DNA of 64,000 bases from Camelus ferus (Eukaryota). The notes under the pieces were generated by a model, which did not search any database, was not told the origin of the DNA, and was given only the letters and a program-made list of their open reading frames with translations. Below are positions 26,080 to 39,757 of this stretch, piece by piece. The stretch spans positions 40,426,001 to 40,490,000 of the forward strand of contig NC_045696.1 of assembly GCF_009834535.1 (NCBI RefSeq), read 5' to 3'. A program made the position numbers and the translations under genes. Numbering within the stretch: position 1 is the stretch's first letter; each line of letters starts with the position of its first letter.

Positions 26080-26530
26080 TGAGCGAGCCAGTTAGGACCG
26101 GTGTAGAAACTGCCACGAGTTGGGCGCAGCTGCCGGGGAGGCGGGGCGGAGGTTATGACGTCATCGCCGCGGGGCGGAGGCGACAGAGCCTGAGGAGAGG
26201 CTACGCGTGCTGCAACGCCGGCCGCTGGGCTCTGAGGCAGCGCGAGCTCAGGCCAGCTGCCCGCTTTTCCCTGGCGCTCAGCCCGCGTCGATGTCCTGCG
26301 TGGAGATGGCAGACGATCTTGGAGACGAGTGGTGGGAGCACCAGCCGGCAGGAGCCGCCAGCAGTCCAGGTACCCTCTCTCTCCCCGCGCTCCTGCGGGG
26401 CCTCCCCCAACCTCCCGCCGGTCCGTGCGCCTCAGCCCGGACCAGGCTCTGGTCGTCACCGTGTTCGCCCCGCGATGGGGCGCATGGCTGTGGGAGCGCG
26501 CGAGCATCGAGGAGCAAGTGGTGCGAGAGG
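26080..26530 (+). promoter_or_regulatory. CMSS1: CpG-island, TATA-less promoter of CMSS1 with GC boxes and a full CRE
   Basis: The only CpG-dense island in the window. gcggggcggagg at 26141-26152 and 26169-26180; TGACGTCA at 26156-26163. Confidence 0.9.
26306..26369 (+). CDS. CMSS1: CMSS1 (Cms1 ribosomal small subunit homolog) first coding exon; the rest of the gene lies beyond the window
   Basis: gagATGG strong Kozak. [21 protein letters not shown] matches the known CMSS1 N-terminus. Donor CAG|gtacc, 64 nt, phase 1. Synteny COL8A1-CMSS1-FILIP1L. Confidence 0.93.
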
Positions 26531-26659
26531 CTTACTAACATGTAGAACAGACACGTGTGACCTTAACTCAGATCTGGCCTATAGTCAGGAAGGACCCTTT
26601 TCCTGGCAGTTTTTCTTTTCCTCATTTCTTAGTGGATAAGACAGTTTTCACGGAGACGG

Positions 26660-27070
26660 AGTTTGGGCGTAATGGTTAAGGGTTAACTCCTGGATTAAAT
26701 TCAGACAGTCCTCTGTTCAGATCGCAACTCCAGCTCTCTAATACTGTTTTGTCTCCTTTTCCTCATCTGTAAAATAAGAATAGTAATACCAATTTCATAA
26801 GCTTGTTGTGAAGGTTAAATGAAGATAATACACATGATGTACTTTTAGCACAGTGCTTGCTTCATAATATGTGCCCGGTAAATAAAAGCTAGCTTCAGTT
26901 CTTCTTGCTATCATTATCATGTAATTTGGACTCTGAGTCTGAAGGAGACAAGAGATCCCACTTGAACTCACTCGTTTTACAGATGAGGAACATGAAACCT
27001 AAAGATTTCAAATAGCATAAGTTCACACAGCTAGTTGGTGTCAGAAACAAAACTAGAATTCAGTTAACAC
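26660..27070. mobile_element. MIR remnants at the start of CMSS1 intron 1
   Basis: ttcctcatctgtaaaataagaatagtaatac, ttagcacagtgc and ttttacagatgaggaacatga core motifs. Confidence 0.7.
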
Positions 27071-28933
27071 AATTCAGACCGTGTTTATTATGCTGTGTGT
27101 ACCCACTGCCAATGCAGTGAACATTTTATTATTGAGTAGGTAGCTTAAGTAACTCCTCACTGCAGGTTTGCCTTGAACTTTTAAAGTCCCGTGGCTTAAT
27201 GTACAATTTGGTGGGTTTTTTCTTTGTTTTTTAAAAATCATTCTTCCAAATCTACCTCTCTTCTTTACTAGATTCTAAGATTTTTTTTAGGACAAAGCAA
27301 AAGCCTAATTCACATCTGTAGAGTCCACAGGGCCCTGCACATGATTAACAGTTGATACATATTTGCTGCAAACATTAATCTTGAAATATGAGTTGTGAAA
27401 TATCCACTAAAAACAACAAAATTCTACTACAGCATTGTTTCCAGAAAGGCAGACTTCATGTACATACTGAGCAGATGTCATTTTTTAAAAGGTTGCCAAT
27501 ATAATACTTCCTTGATTAAACCTCCTGACTTTTTGGCAGTTTTGTTTCCAGTAAACGTATCCCTGATTGAAGGCATGAATACCTTTCCTTGCAGGCTGTG
27601 ATATTCCACATTTACTTTAATCCTGCCCCCTACAACTCAGGTGTTAAAAAACATATTTTATGATATGATTCAAGGATAAAGGCCAATTAAGAAATAGTTG
27701 AATTCCTTTTAAGTGGTGAAGGGGATCTTAATTCTTGATTTTAGTCCTGCCTCTTGCCTCTCACCAGCTGTGTCTCTCAAGTTAGTCACCCTTTGGAAGG
27801 AAGAAAATTAACATGTATTATCTGTTATGTGCCAGATGTTTTCATAAATATGAATTCATTTAATCTTCATAACATGCTTAAAAGGTAAGCATTACCTTCA
27901 TTTTTATAGATGAGAAACAGAAAAGTTAATGTTCAGCAAGGAAGAGATCTGGGAAGAAGTTAGTCAAGTATGCCTGACTTTCAAAGTCACATTTTTCCCA
28001 CAATTACTGTGTGGCTTCTTTGAGCATCATTATCATAATCTGTAAAATGAGGGATCCTTCGAGATCATCTTTTCAAGGGTTTTGCCAACCAACAGTTCCA
28101 AACATTGAATCTGGTTAGAACTTTAAAGTGTTACAGCCTCTTTCATCTAAGTTGCCAGGATTCCCATCGAGATAATATGTTGGGGTCCCCAGGATCACCC
28201 TGCTTCTTACGTTCCTTCTAGCTGTAAGAATAAGTTTTGAGAATTGCTAATATTAAGTTTATCAAAGGCCCTTTGTTAACCGCTGTGAAGTTAGGTGAGC
28301 ACATATGCTTCCTTGAGATCTCCTTGATTGATTATTTACTGGTGATTTGTCTAACTAATCTGTGTAGTGTTTCTAATTCAGAAGAAATCACAGCTGCACC
28401 AATTCAGGTTTCCTGATTCTACCTATAATAATGAAGAAAGATCAGACTAATACTTTGTTTTGAAAGTCAAAGGAGAAATAGTGCCTTAAGTTAGAGAAAG
28501 GAAAGATAGCTGTAATAATGCCCTCATTCCTGTTGTGTGTTACCCTTCTTGCCTATAAAAGTAAACGTCTTTCCTTATTACCTGTTTCCAGTTCACACAT
28601 ATGGTGGCAAGGTGATGGAGCATTTTAGTCATTTAATCAGCAGTCTACATCTACAACAAAGGCCCAACATTCATGGTCAAGAATTCTTGTATATGTTTTC
28701 TAAGATCAAACTATGCAAACACATGGATGCCCAGACATTGGCACACAGTATGTATGACACTTGCCTAAACTACCCAGCTATCTATTGTGTAAGGAAGTGT
28801 ACTATGCTTTTGCTTTTTTCATGTCTTAGATGTGGTAGGTAACGCAAAGACCCTTACTAAAATGAAGCTTTTGATCTGCATATGACCCTTATTGCATACA
28901 TCTTATGGCTCTTCAGGACCTTTCATTTTTCTA

Positions 28934-29192
28934 CAGGCATACTTCATTTTACTGTACTTTGCAGATACTGCATTTTTTTACAGGTTGAAGGTTTGTGGCA
29001 ACCCTGCGTTGGTTAGCATTTTTAAGCAATAAATTATTTTTGAAATATGTACTTTTTAATGTATAATGCTATTGCATATTTAACAGACTACAGTATGGTA
29101 TAAACAAAAATTCATGTGACTTGCTTTATTGTGATATTTGCTTTATTGTGGTGATCTGAAACTGAACCTGCAATATCTCCAAGGTACGCCTG
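28934..29192. mobile_element. Tigger1-derived MITE (TcMar)
   Basis: Terminal inverted repeats caggcatac... / ...gtacgcctg flanked by TA duplications at 28932-33 and 29193-94; internal ttgaaggtttgtggcaaccctgc. Confidence 0.88.
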
Positions 29193-30169
29193 TACTAGAA
29201 TTCTGCGTTGTACTGGAGCCCAGCAGGGGACCTGGCACTTCACTCGTGTTTGATAGATAATAGCTGAATAAATGAATGCATGCTACAGGGCTTTTGGTGA
29301 TCATATATATACGTAGACATAATTTCTCATCCAGTCTAGACATTCGAGAGTGGGAGACCATGCTATTAGAATTTTGCTGAAACTGTTCACCTTGGCTATC
29401 TGGTCACTTCATTGGTAACATCATTGGTGGTGATTGGAGTCATGTACCAGGATAAGATGGCTGATAGTTGTCTCTGCTGAGGTGTGTACAGCACAGTCTG
29501 CCTCAGGCAGCAGAGCCTAGGAGTAGTCTAATGTAATCTAATACTCCGTTTCATTCATTTATTTCCTTTTTCCCTGCCTACCTTAAGAAATTATTTGAAG
29601 TGATTTGTAGTAGACAATACGTGCAGTAGAATCATGGATACAAAACATTAATGAGAAAGTGAGCAGTTACAATACCTGAGATTTCATGTAGTTGACCAAA
29701 CTTGGCACTTCGTCAGTGTGAAGCTGAATGTTATTCACATCATGGATTTTGTGACTTGTGGATCAGAGCTAGGAGTTTCTGCTTTTGGAAGTGGTCACTT
29801 GATCATTCACTTAACTAAAGAGAACACTGATTGGATTTCTTTTTTATTCCAGTATAATATGCCTATTAAATTACCAAGTCAAATGTTAATAGGCAACTGG
29901 GTGCATGAGTCCAGAGCTCCAGGGTTGGGTTAGGGCTGGAGATACGGATTTAGGAATGACTGGCATATTTTTAGCTTAATTTTAAAGAGGATATTTTTAG
30001 CAGTCCTGCAAAATTCTTGGCCCCTACTTCTTTTGAGGAGAGTTTTTTGTGTACTTCCCTAGCTTATTCTGTGTCTTTGATGCCATCTCTTACCAAGCAT
30101 CTAACTAGAAAACTGAAATGTGAAGACACTTCTGTGTACACTGTAGGGAGACTGCAGATAATATTACTA

Positions 30170-30400
30170 ATTTGCATTTGTTGCGTGGTTACTCTGTGCC
30201 AGATAATGTTTTGATTGCTTTACATGTACTAGCTCACTTAATCTTCACAAGTATGCAGGGATATAGTTACTACTATCCCCATTTTATAGATGAGGAAATT
30301 GAGGCACTAAGAGATTAAATGATTTGCCCAGTGTCGTACAGTTGGTGAGTGGAGAGGCTGAGATTCATAGATAGGCAGTCAGAAACCAGGCTGTGTACTT
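30170..30400 (-). mobile_element. MIR SINE
   Basis: atccccattttatagatgaggaaattgaggcactaagagattaaatgatttgccca core. Confidence 0.8.
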
Positions 30401-30659
30401 AAATTTCTCAGAGATAATTGTTCTAATTATCAGTGATAAAAATCTCATCTCTAAAATAACAATCCTTTATCAGTTTAAAGAGGTTCAGATTTTCTAAACC
30501 TTTTGTTCATATACATTACTATTATCAAATTATGTCTGTTAGTCTTCCAAAGTTTATTCTTCTAAAAGAGCACTGATTACTCAGAGACACAAATAAGCAG
30601 GTTATACCATTGGACTTTGGGAACAATCTCTTGCCAGGTATTCAAACTTGATCCTAGAG

Positions 30660-31580
30660 CTCAAGGCTCACATACCTGGCTGTCTTCTTGAGGTCCTTAC
30701 TTTATTTGATCGGAATGTCAAGTGGTCAACTGAATTTTTCCCCAAATCTACTTTTCCTCCAGTTTTCCCTATCTCAGTAAGTTAAATCACTAACTACTCA
30801 GTTTCAAAAAGGCCTTGGCATATCTTATTCATTTATTTACTTCGTTTACCCTTCATGTCTGTACTATCAAGTCTTGTCTCTACTTCCAAAACATTCTGAA
30901 TCTTTTTTCCTTTTGTTGTTGTTTGTTTCTTTACACCATTAAAGTACATGCTATCATCCTCACTTGCCTTAATCTCTGCAGTAAACTCCTAGCAGGGCTC
31001 CCAGTTTCCATCTTGTCCCTCTATAGACTGTTCTTCACTCAGCATGCCAGAGTGGGCGATCAGACCACCTTCCTGCGTAAACCCTCCAGTGGCTCCCCGA
31101 CTACACACAGAGTAAAACCTAGATTGCTTTCCATGGTTGGTATCTGCCAGATCTCCTACTGTTTACTCCTACTTTCTGCTGTCACACTGGTCTTCATTCT
31201 GTGCCTCAACAGACCAATCTTATTCTGTCTTAGCTCTTTGCAATAGTTGTTCTTTTTTCTTTTCTGGGCTGTCCTTTTCAATTTTGAATGGCTGACCTTT
31301 TCTTAACATTAAGACCCAAGTTCAAACATCATCAAGAAAGAAGCACTTCTTGTTCAGCCAGACTAGAGTAGCCATCTACCATGTTATGTTAATTCTCAGC
31401 AGAGCACTTATCACCAACTATTATTTTCCTTTTTAAATTTTTACAGTCTCCCCACACTAGTATGTAAGCTCCATGTGAACAGGGATTTGTTTATCTTGTT
31501 CTTTGCTGTATCCTCAGGGCCTAGAGTACAATCTAGGTATTTAGAAGGCACTCATTAAGAATTTATTCATTGAATAATTG
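30660..31580 (+). mobile_element. L2 LINE remnant
   Basis: Pyrimidine-rich body and a 3' end cactagtatgtaagctccatgtgaacaggga...ggcactcattaagaatttattcattgaat. Confidence 0.65.
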
Positions 31581-32973
31581 TTAATATTTCATACCCACAT
31601 CTTGGAGACCTTAATGTAGGAGTTCTGTGTCTAAAGAAACTTGGTCTACTAGAAGAGTTGTCAAAATCCTACTCAGGCTTTTGACAGGTTTGGCAGATGC
31701 TGCTTTTTCTTTTTTTAAAAATACATTAGAAGTCCTTGTTTGACAACTGTGTCTACTTGCGTTTTATTCTAACCATATTTGGATTTAGTTTTATAACTTA
31801 TGTTTTGAAATTACGCATTTGAAAGGACAACAGACTTTTGCTCTCTAAATGAGCTGATAATTCCTACTGGTGACAGCTTTTGTCACCTAGAATCAATGTG
31901 ATTGTTCATTTTGTTTCAGATTGTTGAAGTGAGCATTGTGAATTTTTTGTTGTAATATTTTATCCTTAAAATCACATTGCCTTATCTATGCTGAATTCCT
32001 TCTGGGAATTGTGAGATTGGGGAACACCTTGAGTCTTTGAAACCTGAATAAGTAAAGTTTTTGTGTTTTTTTCTTTTCTCACACCAAAGTTAGGCTTTTA
32101 TAGCATTAATTTTACCCTTAGGCAGCCAATCATAATAGATGTTGTAAAGCATTACCTCTACATATAAAATTCACATTTGGAATATCTACAGTAGATGTTT
32201 ATAACACAGAACAGAGGATCAACTTCAGGGCGTGTCATTTTCAAAATCATTTATTGACTCTCATGCTTGGCCCTATTAGACACTCTAATGGAATTAGAGG
32301 GAAAAAACATAGTCTGCTTACGTTATGGGATTTACACATTGACGTAGTTCAGTCAAAATGCAAATAATATTATTTTAGGACAAATGTTAAAGGGCAAAAA
32401 ACAGGGTTAGGATAAATTTTAAAAGGTGAGAGGAAAGAGAGAAAGAACGACATGTCATCATTCTGTACTTGAAGATTTTGTAACAAATGGACCAACCTTC
32501 ATGTGCTTGTTTTAATTTACTGTGTATAAGTTTCGTGATTTTTGCAAATGATTAAACAAGTAGTTCTTGACAACAATTATGAACATTTAAAAGTACAAAT
32601 TTACACATCTTTCTCCAAATAACATGGACAGTAGTTCTGCTGTCTTGAAAAATACCAGGAATTTGGGAGTCCTAGAAATATTTCCATTTCCCCCCTTAAA
32701 TTCAACAGTAACACCTTGCATTATTTTGTGGCATGAATCCTTTGACCTGTTCTTATCCCGTGTTCTTTAGTTGAAACTTTAGTGTGTTCATAGAATTACA
32801 CATTTTACTAAATATATCACAAACAACTTGAAATGTAAGTTCCCCATTTTCATCAGCTTTCATAAAATTCTTAATTGCATTCTAAATTTGCTAGCATTGC
32901 TTTTAAAATGAGTTGACTAAGCCCTTCTTAAGCTCTTGTTCCTGAGTTCCTTGTTAGTCTAGTTCACACTAGA

Positions 32974-33302
32974 CAAGAGGTCAGGAAACTTTTTGTAAAA
33001 GGCCGGATAGTAAATATTTTAGGCTCTGCTGGCCAGTCACTATCAAAATTACTCAACTCTGTCATTGTAGCATAAAAGCAATCAGATAATAAATATATTT
33101 AAAAGATGAGTATGGCTGTGTTCCAATAGAACTTTATCTATAAACAATGAAATTTGAATTTTGTATAACTTTCACATTTCACAAAATATTCTTCATTTGA
33201 TTTTTTTTTCTGTTTAAAAATGTAAAAACTATTCTTAGTTTGCAGGATATACAAAAACAGTGGGCCGAATTTGGCCAGTAGGTTGCAGTTTGCATACCTC
33301 TG
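32974..33302. mobile_element. MER58B-like hAT-Charlie element
   Basis: aaaggccggatagtaaatattttaggct, ggctgtgttccaatagaactttat and gggccgaatttggcc...gtttgcatacctctg. Confidence 0.85.
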
Positions 33303-36300
33303 CCCCAGACTCAGTGTCCGACCCTAAGTGTTATGTCACATATCCCCCAAAGCAGGAATTTAAAGCAAACTCTGGAGAAAATTGTTTTACATCAATCACT
33401 TCCTTACTGTCTGTAATTATCAGTCATATAATTAGATCAATCACATTCCTGTTCAACAGATACTTTATTCTAAAAAGTTACAAGGATATTAGTTCAGATA
33501 CCATTGTAGCTAAATAAATGAAGGGCTGAGGAAAGACACCAGCATACAGTATCAGGTTATTAAAATTTTTGTTACAATTTGGATGTCTTTTTTTTTTTAC
33601 TTTGATTCTTATCTGCTTCCTTTTAAAAACTGAATTTAATAAAGTCACTCTAGAATTATTAGGATAGCTTCTCTCACTTTTATTGTTCTTTGGAAGGGCC
33701 ACATTTCTGCAGAAACAGGATTATACTCAGGAGGCAGAATTCTTTATATTTCGATTGTGTTATAGGTCAATCACCATTTTGTTGAATTAAAGTCGTATTC
33801 CTATTTCTAAGTTGTTTATGCATTTTTATTGTATTACATATTGCTTTAAAATAAGCATGGTTTTTGGTTAGTAATCCTTTTGTTAGAGTAGATTTTCTTA
33901 TTTTAAAGACTTTTGCCTTAATAGGATTAAAACTGTGTTACCATTTAAAGCCAAGTTTCTGCTGCTTGCTATAAAAGTTTGCCATTTTCCTATCCCTTTT
34001 TATAGTACTTTGTACAAATCCTGTACCTCTTATATTGTCTGCTCTTGAACTTATGGCAGCTTGGCATGAACATGTACTTTAGGGAGTCTCCTAACATAGG
34101 AGAAAACAATTTTAAAATCTCTAACATGCGACATGTTTTGTGCTCCTCTTCAAGGTAAAACAATTGCAGGGTATTTTGTTTTTCTGGGAGTATTGTTGAT
34201 GCTTGTTTTTTCTGTTTTATTTCTTGCTTCTTTTCAGTCTGTTTGATATCTGCCCTAAGGAGGTCCAGTGTTTTTTCTTTGCATTAGCATAATTATCAGT
34301 AATGAATGTCACCAGCATAACTGCTTTTCCTGACCCTATGTATACCATTGTCATCTCTTAGTACATTTGCTCACATATCTTGACTGAATGGCCTTTCCTT
34401 CCTTCATTCACTCATTCTCTGTTCAGTTAACATTACCTGCTAATGTCAGGCACAGCGCTAAGCACCGTTCACGTTTTCCCACTGCACCATCCACCTGTTA
34501 CTGCCCTGTACTTTCCTCTGAACTATCTCTTAAATTGTTTTTGTATCTCAGTTTCATCATCTTCTTTTGTAGTCCACTCCTTCAGCTATTCTCTTAAGCT
34601 TTCCTTTAACTTAAGACTTTTCCACTTCAGGTTTTTAATTCACCCGACCTCCCCACCTTCTCCCTGTGTCACTTGCCTGCTGGGACTGCTGTACGTCGTC
34701 CCTCTCTTCGACTTGCATAGCTCAATTCTGCCCAGGCTTCCAGCTCCTTCTCCTCACCCGTGAAATTGAAGTAGGCCAGGGGCATTTGTACAGTGGCATC
34801 AGTACATTGAAGTGGCCTTGGCTGGATGAGCGTGGAGAATGGCAGCTCCTTTGCTCTTGCTCTGCTCTCTACACCAGGACAGCCAGCTAAAGTACTGTCC
34901 TTAGTGAGGAGGATTTCTTGCAGGGTGACACCTCCATTTCTTCGTGCAAAATCGCAGAGAATGTTGTGTCATGCTCTATGTAGAATTTTTTTTTTCTACT
35001 TGAATCTTTGTGAGATATAGCAGTCTTCCCTGTCAAAAATGCCTTATTTGTCGTCATTGTATTATTCTGTTCATGCTGAATTACAGTCATGTCTTTCACT
35101 TGATTCAGTGAGTTTTCAGCATGTTGAAAAGAATTGCTTTAGCTTATTGCCAGGGGACTTAGTCCCACCTTGTAGATGACTGGTTGAATTCAGTTTTCTG
35201 TAGTTGGACATACTGATGGATTATTAGAACTGGAAGGGACCTGAAGAATTATTCAGCTCTTCTGTTTTACATATTAGAAACTCAAGGCCTAGACTGATGA
35301 ATGCCAAGCCCAGTTTCAAATGAGTGAGGTAGAATTGGAATTTGAGCCTTCTAATCCCAAACTTTTGTTGAATCAACTGATTTTTCTATAGCATTGATTT
35401 AGGGAAGAGATGTGATTAAAGAATGTCCTTTGGGATGATAAATTGTTGTTGAATTTTTTTTAAACATCCAAGACTGTGATTCATATCTCCCTAAAAGATC
35501 TCAATATTAGTGACCTTTGACTCTCAAATGTCCTGATTGCTCTAGAAAGCTGCAATTCCAATCTAAAATAGTTTGCTTTACAAGCCTAACAGTGCTATTC
35601 TGTGGTCTGATATATGCAGGAGTGGCAACTTACTAGAAAAAATGGGATGGAAAACTAAGTTCCAGTAGTCATGTGTTCATACTACATCAGCGATTATCAG
35701 GTAGGCCACTCAAAGGATGTGTTTGGCTATTACTCATTTTTGTTGTTCATTTCCTCCTTGTAACTAAGAATTACCACTTTTTTTTTTCTTCTTGGTCATA
35801 GAGAAGGCATAGTTTTAGACCTTAAAGTATGATTCTAATTGTCTTGCCATTTTGATGGAAATAATCTAATTTTCTTGAAGCAAATTAGGAATTCTTGATA
35901 GCACATCTTTTTAGGAAATATGATTCAATAAAGTTCTGTGGAATGAAGGATTACTTCTGGGTTCACCAGAAAACTTTTGAACTGTCCTAATGAATTCAGT
36001 CTGTCCGAGGCTAATGATAGATAGTCCAGTTTGGGGTTGGATTACAAATAGGATGAGGAATTGAGAAGATCTGACTGGGGTGTCTGGGTCTGTGATTGTG
36101 TGCATATGTGTATACATGTATAGGTAAAATAATTGTAGATGTGCTGCTCTTTCAGGATGATATTTACCAGTTCCAGCAACCTGTGAGTGAACCATCTGTC
36201 AGTTTACTGCCTCACCATTTCCTGGAGAGATGTCCCTTCCTCTTTGGCCTTCCATACTGGTAACCAGCTTTCCAGATATTTCTGTAGGTGAACGTATCCA

Positions 36301-37776
36301 GGCAGTGCGTTGCCATGACTTACCTTTTCCCTCCTATGTGGAGGAAAGTGTTAGAGGTGACAGTCCTTATGACGTGTAGCTTCTTACAGCCAGGGTGGTG
36401 AATAGTCTTATCCATGGGCCCTGGGGGAGCTTTAGGGGAAAGCTTACTGATGCCTGTAGATTTTGGTTTAGGGATCCGTGTTGGGATTCTCTGCTTGCAT
36501 ACCTCTTTGATCTTGAATTAAACAGAAGAACAAAAGGTAGTTAATGGTACAGTTGATGGAGAAGTGGACATTGTTCAGGACGTAGTGTCAGCTTGGAGAT
36601 TTTGGCTTTTTGAAAACTCTAGGTTCTGGGGACACATCACATTAAAGATTGTTAAGTTGAAGAAAAAATTTCAGTAAAGCAGTTCTGCCAACAAGTGTTG
36701 AGTGTGTGCTGTGTGCAGGGCCCTCAAAAGTAGATAAAGTGTCATGAGATTGCCAGAGAAAGGTTGATTTCAACTGAAGGGTCTAAGAGAGCTTCACAAA
36801 GAAAGTAGCATTTGACTTGGGCCTCCAAAGACTTTTAGGATTTTTAACGGCAGGAATGGGAGGGCATTTCAGAGTAAAGGAATACTTTTGATAATGTCCC
36901 TGAGATAGGAAATCCAGCACAGTTGAGAAGTGGAGTGACTTCAAATTGGGTTGTATTTGGGATGCAGAATGGGAATTAGACTGGGGCTAGATAGGGAAAA
37001 TTGTATCTGATTCTACAGATAGTGTGTCTATGTGGCAGAAGATAGTGAGAACATAGGTTGGGAGAAGTCACATTGTGGGGTAGAATTGTATTAATATGTG
37101 TTCCTAGTTAACATATGAGCGGTGAGAGAGGAATCATGGGTTGAATGATCTAGACTAGGAATGTGAGTTGTGGAGTGAAGGCTTGATTTACTTCATATTT
37201 GCTTAGAAATATATTCTTATTTTCATTTATTTAGGAAAAATACTCTTGGATAAGAATACTTATTGGGAAAGAGATGGGGAAAAGTTCTCAGCTAACTGTA
37301 GTTATCCTATTATAAACCACTCAAGATGTTGATGATGATGATGATTTTTTCCCCCTCATGTTGCGTCATCCTTTCCTTACTGGGAGCTCAAAAATAGAAA
37401 TCTTTAAAAAATGCACTATAGTTTTCATCCTAGATTTCTAATATTGTTTTTATGGAAACCCATCTTATATTGTTTTTCATTCTATAGAAATTTGTCTCCA
37501 TATTTGCATATTATACTGAGAAAGTAAAGTCCCTTGATCTTTTTATGTAAATATTCACTTATTTTAAAACCCCCTAACTTCTATAGTAACCATATTTAGA
37601 TTTGCAAATAAACACTACACAGAGTTGGCTAAAAATATGAGTCCTTCAATTAAGGCTAAACTTTATGGAGAACATGCTTTCTTTTGGTACATTTAGTCAA
37701 TCTTCTCTATGCCTAGGCGCTAGAAGAGTTTTTAGGCTTTAGTGTTCTTATGGACATTTAAAAAAAATTTAATCCT

Positions 37777-37995
37777 TGCAGATACTAACTACTGTATATA
37801 AAATAGATAAACAACAAGTTTATACTGCATGGCCTGGGGAACTATATTCAATATTTTATAGTAACCTATAATGAAAATGAATATGAAAATGAATATGAAA
37901 ATGAATATATGTATGTATATGTATGACTGAAACATTATGCTGTACACCAGAAATTGACACAACATTGTAAACTGACTATACCTCAATAAAAAAAA
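37777..37995 (+). mobile_element. 5'-truncated L1 3' end with TSD and an internal (ATGAAAATGAAT)x3 repeat
   Basis: ggaactatattcaata...acattgtaaactgactatacctcaataaa plus poly-A. Flanks aaaatttaatcct and aaaattaatcct. 12-mer triplet at 37871-37906. Confidence 0.88.
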
Positions 37996-39730
37996 AAATT
38001 AATCCTAAACATAGTAAGTGAGATGTTGATACTCTGATCATTCTCTTCCAGAAAATAATTAGAGATGCAGGCAAGGCTCTTCGTTTTAACATTTAGAATG
38101 ATGACAAATGGACACAGTTGAAGACTCCAACAATCAGGATGGAGTAAATGAATTACACTATAATCATGTGAAGATATTATGCTGTCTTTAAATAATGATG
38201 CTTTTGAAGATGAAAAATGTGTATCCAGAAATGTTAAAAGCAGGATTAGATTATATACATGCTTTAACTATGTATATTTGAAGAGAAAATACTAGGAGAA
38301 AATATACCAGTGCTATCAGTGGTTAACACTAGTTAGTGGAGTTATAGATGCTTTTTATTTTTCTTATGTTTTCTATATTCTCTACATTTTCTGTAAGTAT
38401 ACAATTGAAAAAAACAACACTAAGTTATATTAAGGCATAAAAAAGGAAGGAAACACTTCAAAAATGAGCACATTTCTGTGAACATCTACCATATTGTCTA
38501 AATGATGAGTAGCAGCTGCAATTGAAATCATAATTTAAGTCAGCTGATCTTGTGACCATAGCATTAATAATAGCCTTTCCAAGGTATAGATTTCAGTGAT
38601 GTCCTTTACTTTGTCAAGATTTAGATTGGTTGTCCTATTTAGTGTACAGAAATCTATGTTGAGACTCTACTTAAATTGTAGATTCCTCAGCCTTACCTCT
38701 AGAAACTAATTCCTTTGTCTGTGAATGCACCCAGGAATCCACATTTTTAGTCAACTCTCAGGGTGATCTATTTGATGTAGGTGGTCAGCCTAACATACTT
38801 TGAGAAACACTTTCATTGTTGAACCTCATTTAAACTTAAGCTCTAAGTTTTCTTTCACTTGGAACTCTGGCCTGCCTGAGTGTGAGAGGTTCAGCACTGT
38901 GGAAGGCCAGAGCTCCATGGCCCAGTGGTCCTAGATGCTTATCAGAACCACTGATGGGGCTTTTAAAACACTGCAGATACCCATATCCCATCTTGGAGTC
39001 TACTGACTCAGATTGTCAAGGAATGTGATATGGGTACCACAGGTTATTCAGAACTGAAATCTGTCCAATAAACCAATTGATATGGAACACAGTTTTGGTG
39101 GGGCTTGTTTCTTGTAAGCTCTACAGACATGTACTGGTGAAGACAGTGTGGTTTGGAATGGTGGTCATTGGTAAGGTCAGCTGTCCAAAAGTTACTGGAC
39201 TCCCATTGTTTCTACACCATTGATGCTGCAACCTTATTTTGTATTTTCTTGATAACTTCTGATTCCATTACATAGTTTTTACCTCTAGATGGCAGCAAAG
39301 GTTGGTTATTTTATTAGGACAACTAAATGTCATTCCCAAATCTTAAAAAAAAAAAAAAATGCAGGTTTTGTTTCCTTGCATGAATTTTATACTTGGACAT
39401 ATTTGAGCAAATGAGGTATAAGGCTTTAGAATGTGTCATCTCTTGGATCACTTTTATAGAACATTATGTCAAATAGCTCCAAGAAAGTTTTATCAAACTT
39501 GAAGTGCATATTGCAAGAGGAATCCATGCATATGGCTCTTTTAAGACCACACAGTGAATGTTCTACTCAGAGTTGGAAGTTCCTGGGTTTCATCAGAGAG
39601 CAGATGTCTTGGAGGAGATTAAGCAAGTTGGAGAACTCATTCATAGAAGAAAAGATAAAAAAATTTTTTTAACATAGTTCAACATGGAGATTGGGATTTG
39701 GAGTGGATTATAGTCCGAAAGGTGCTGAGT

Positions 39731-39757
39731 TCAGTGAGGCAGAGGCATTGGTTTGAT
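39731..39757 (-). other. FILIP1L: Probable orthologue of the distal FILIP1L terminal exon (IKPMPLPH*), acceptor reads TAC
   Basis: Minus strand: long pyrimidine tract ...ctttctactgttccctac|ATC AAA CCA ATG CCT CTG CCT CAC TGA. Same length as, and sharing P..LPH* with, the recalled human spliced isoform tail VEPLLLPH*. Confidence 0.6.

Noticed and set aside
25320..26639. Several ORFs on both strands around the CpG island
   Set aside because: Expected in stop-poor GC-rich sequence; only the 64 nt CMSS1 exon has a recognisable product and splice donor.
36575..36627. Alternative minus-strand acceptor gtgtccccag|NLEFSKSQNLQADTTS* as another FILIP1L last exon (also ctcacag| near 36182)
   Set aside because: Weak pyrimidine tracts and no similarity I can vouch for; needs junction reads from donor 52420.
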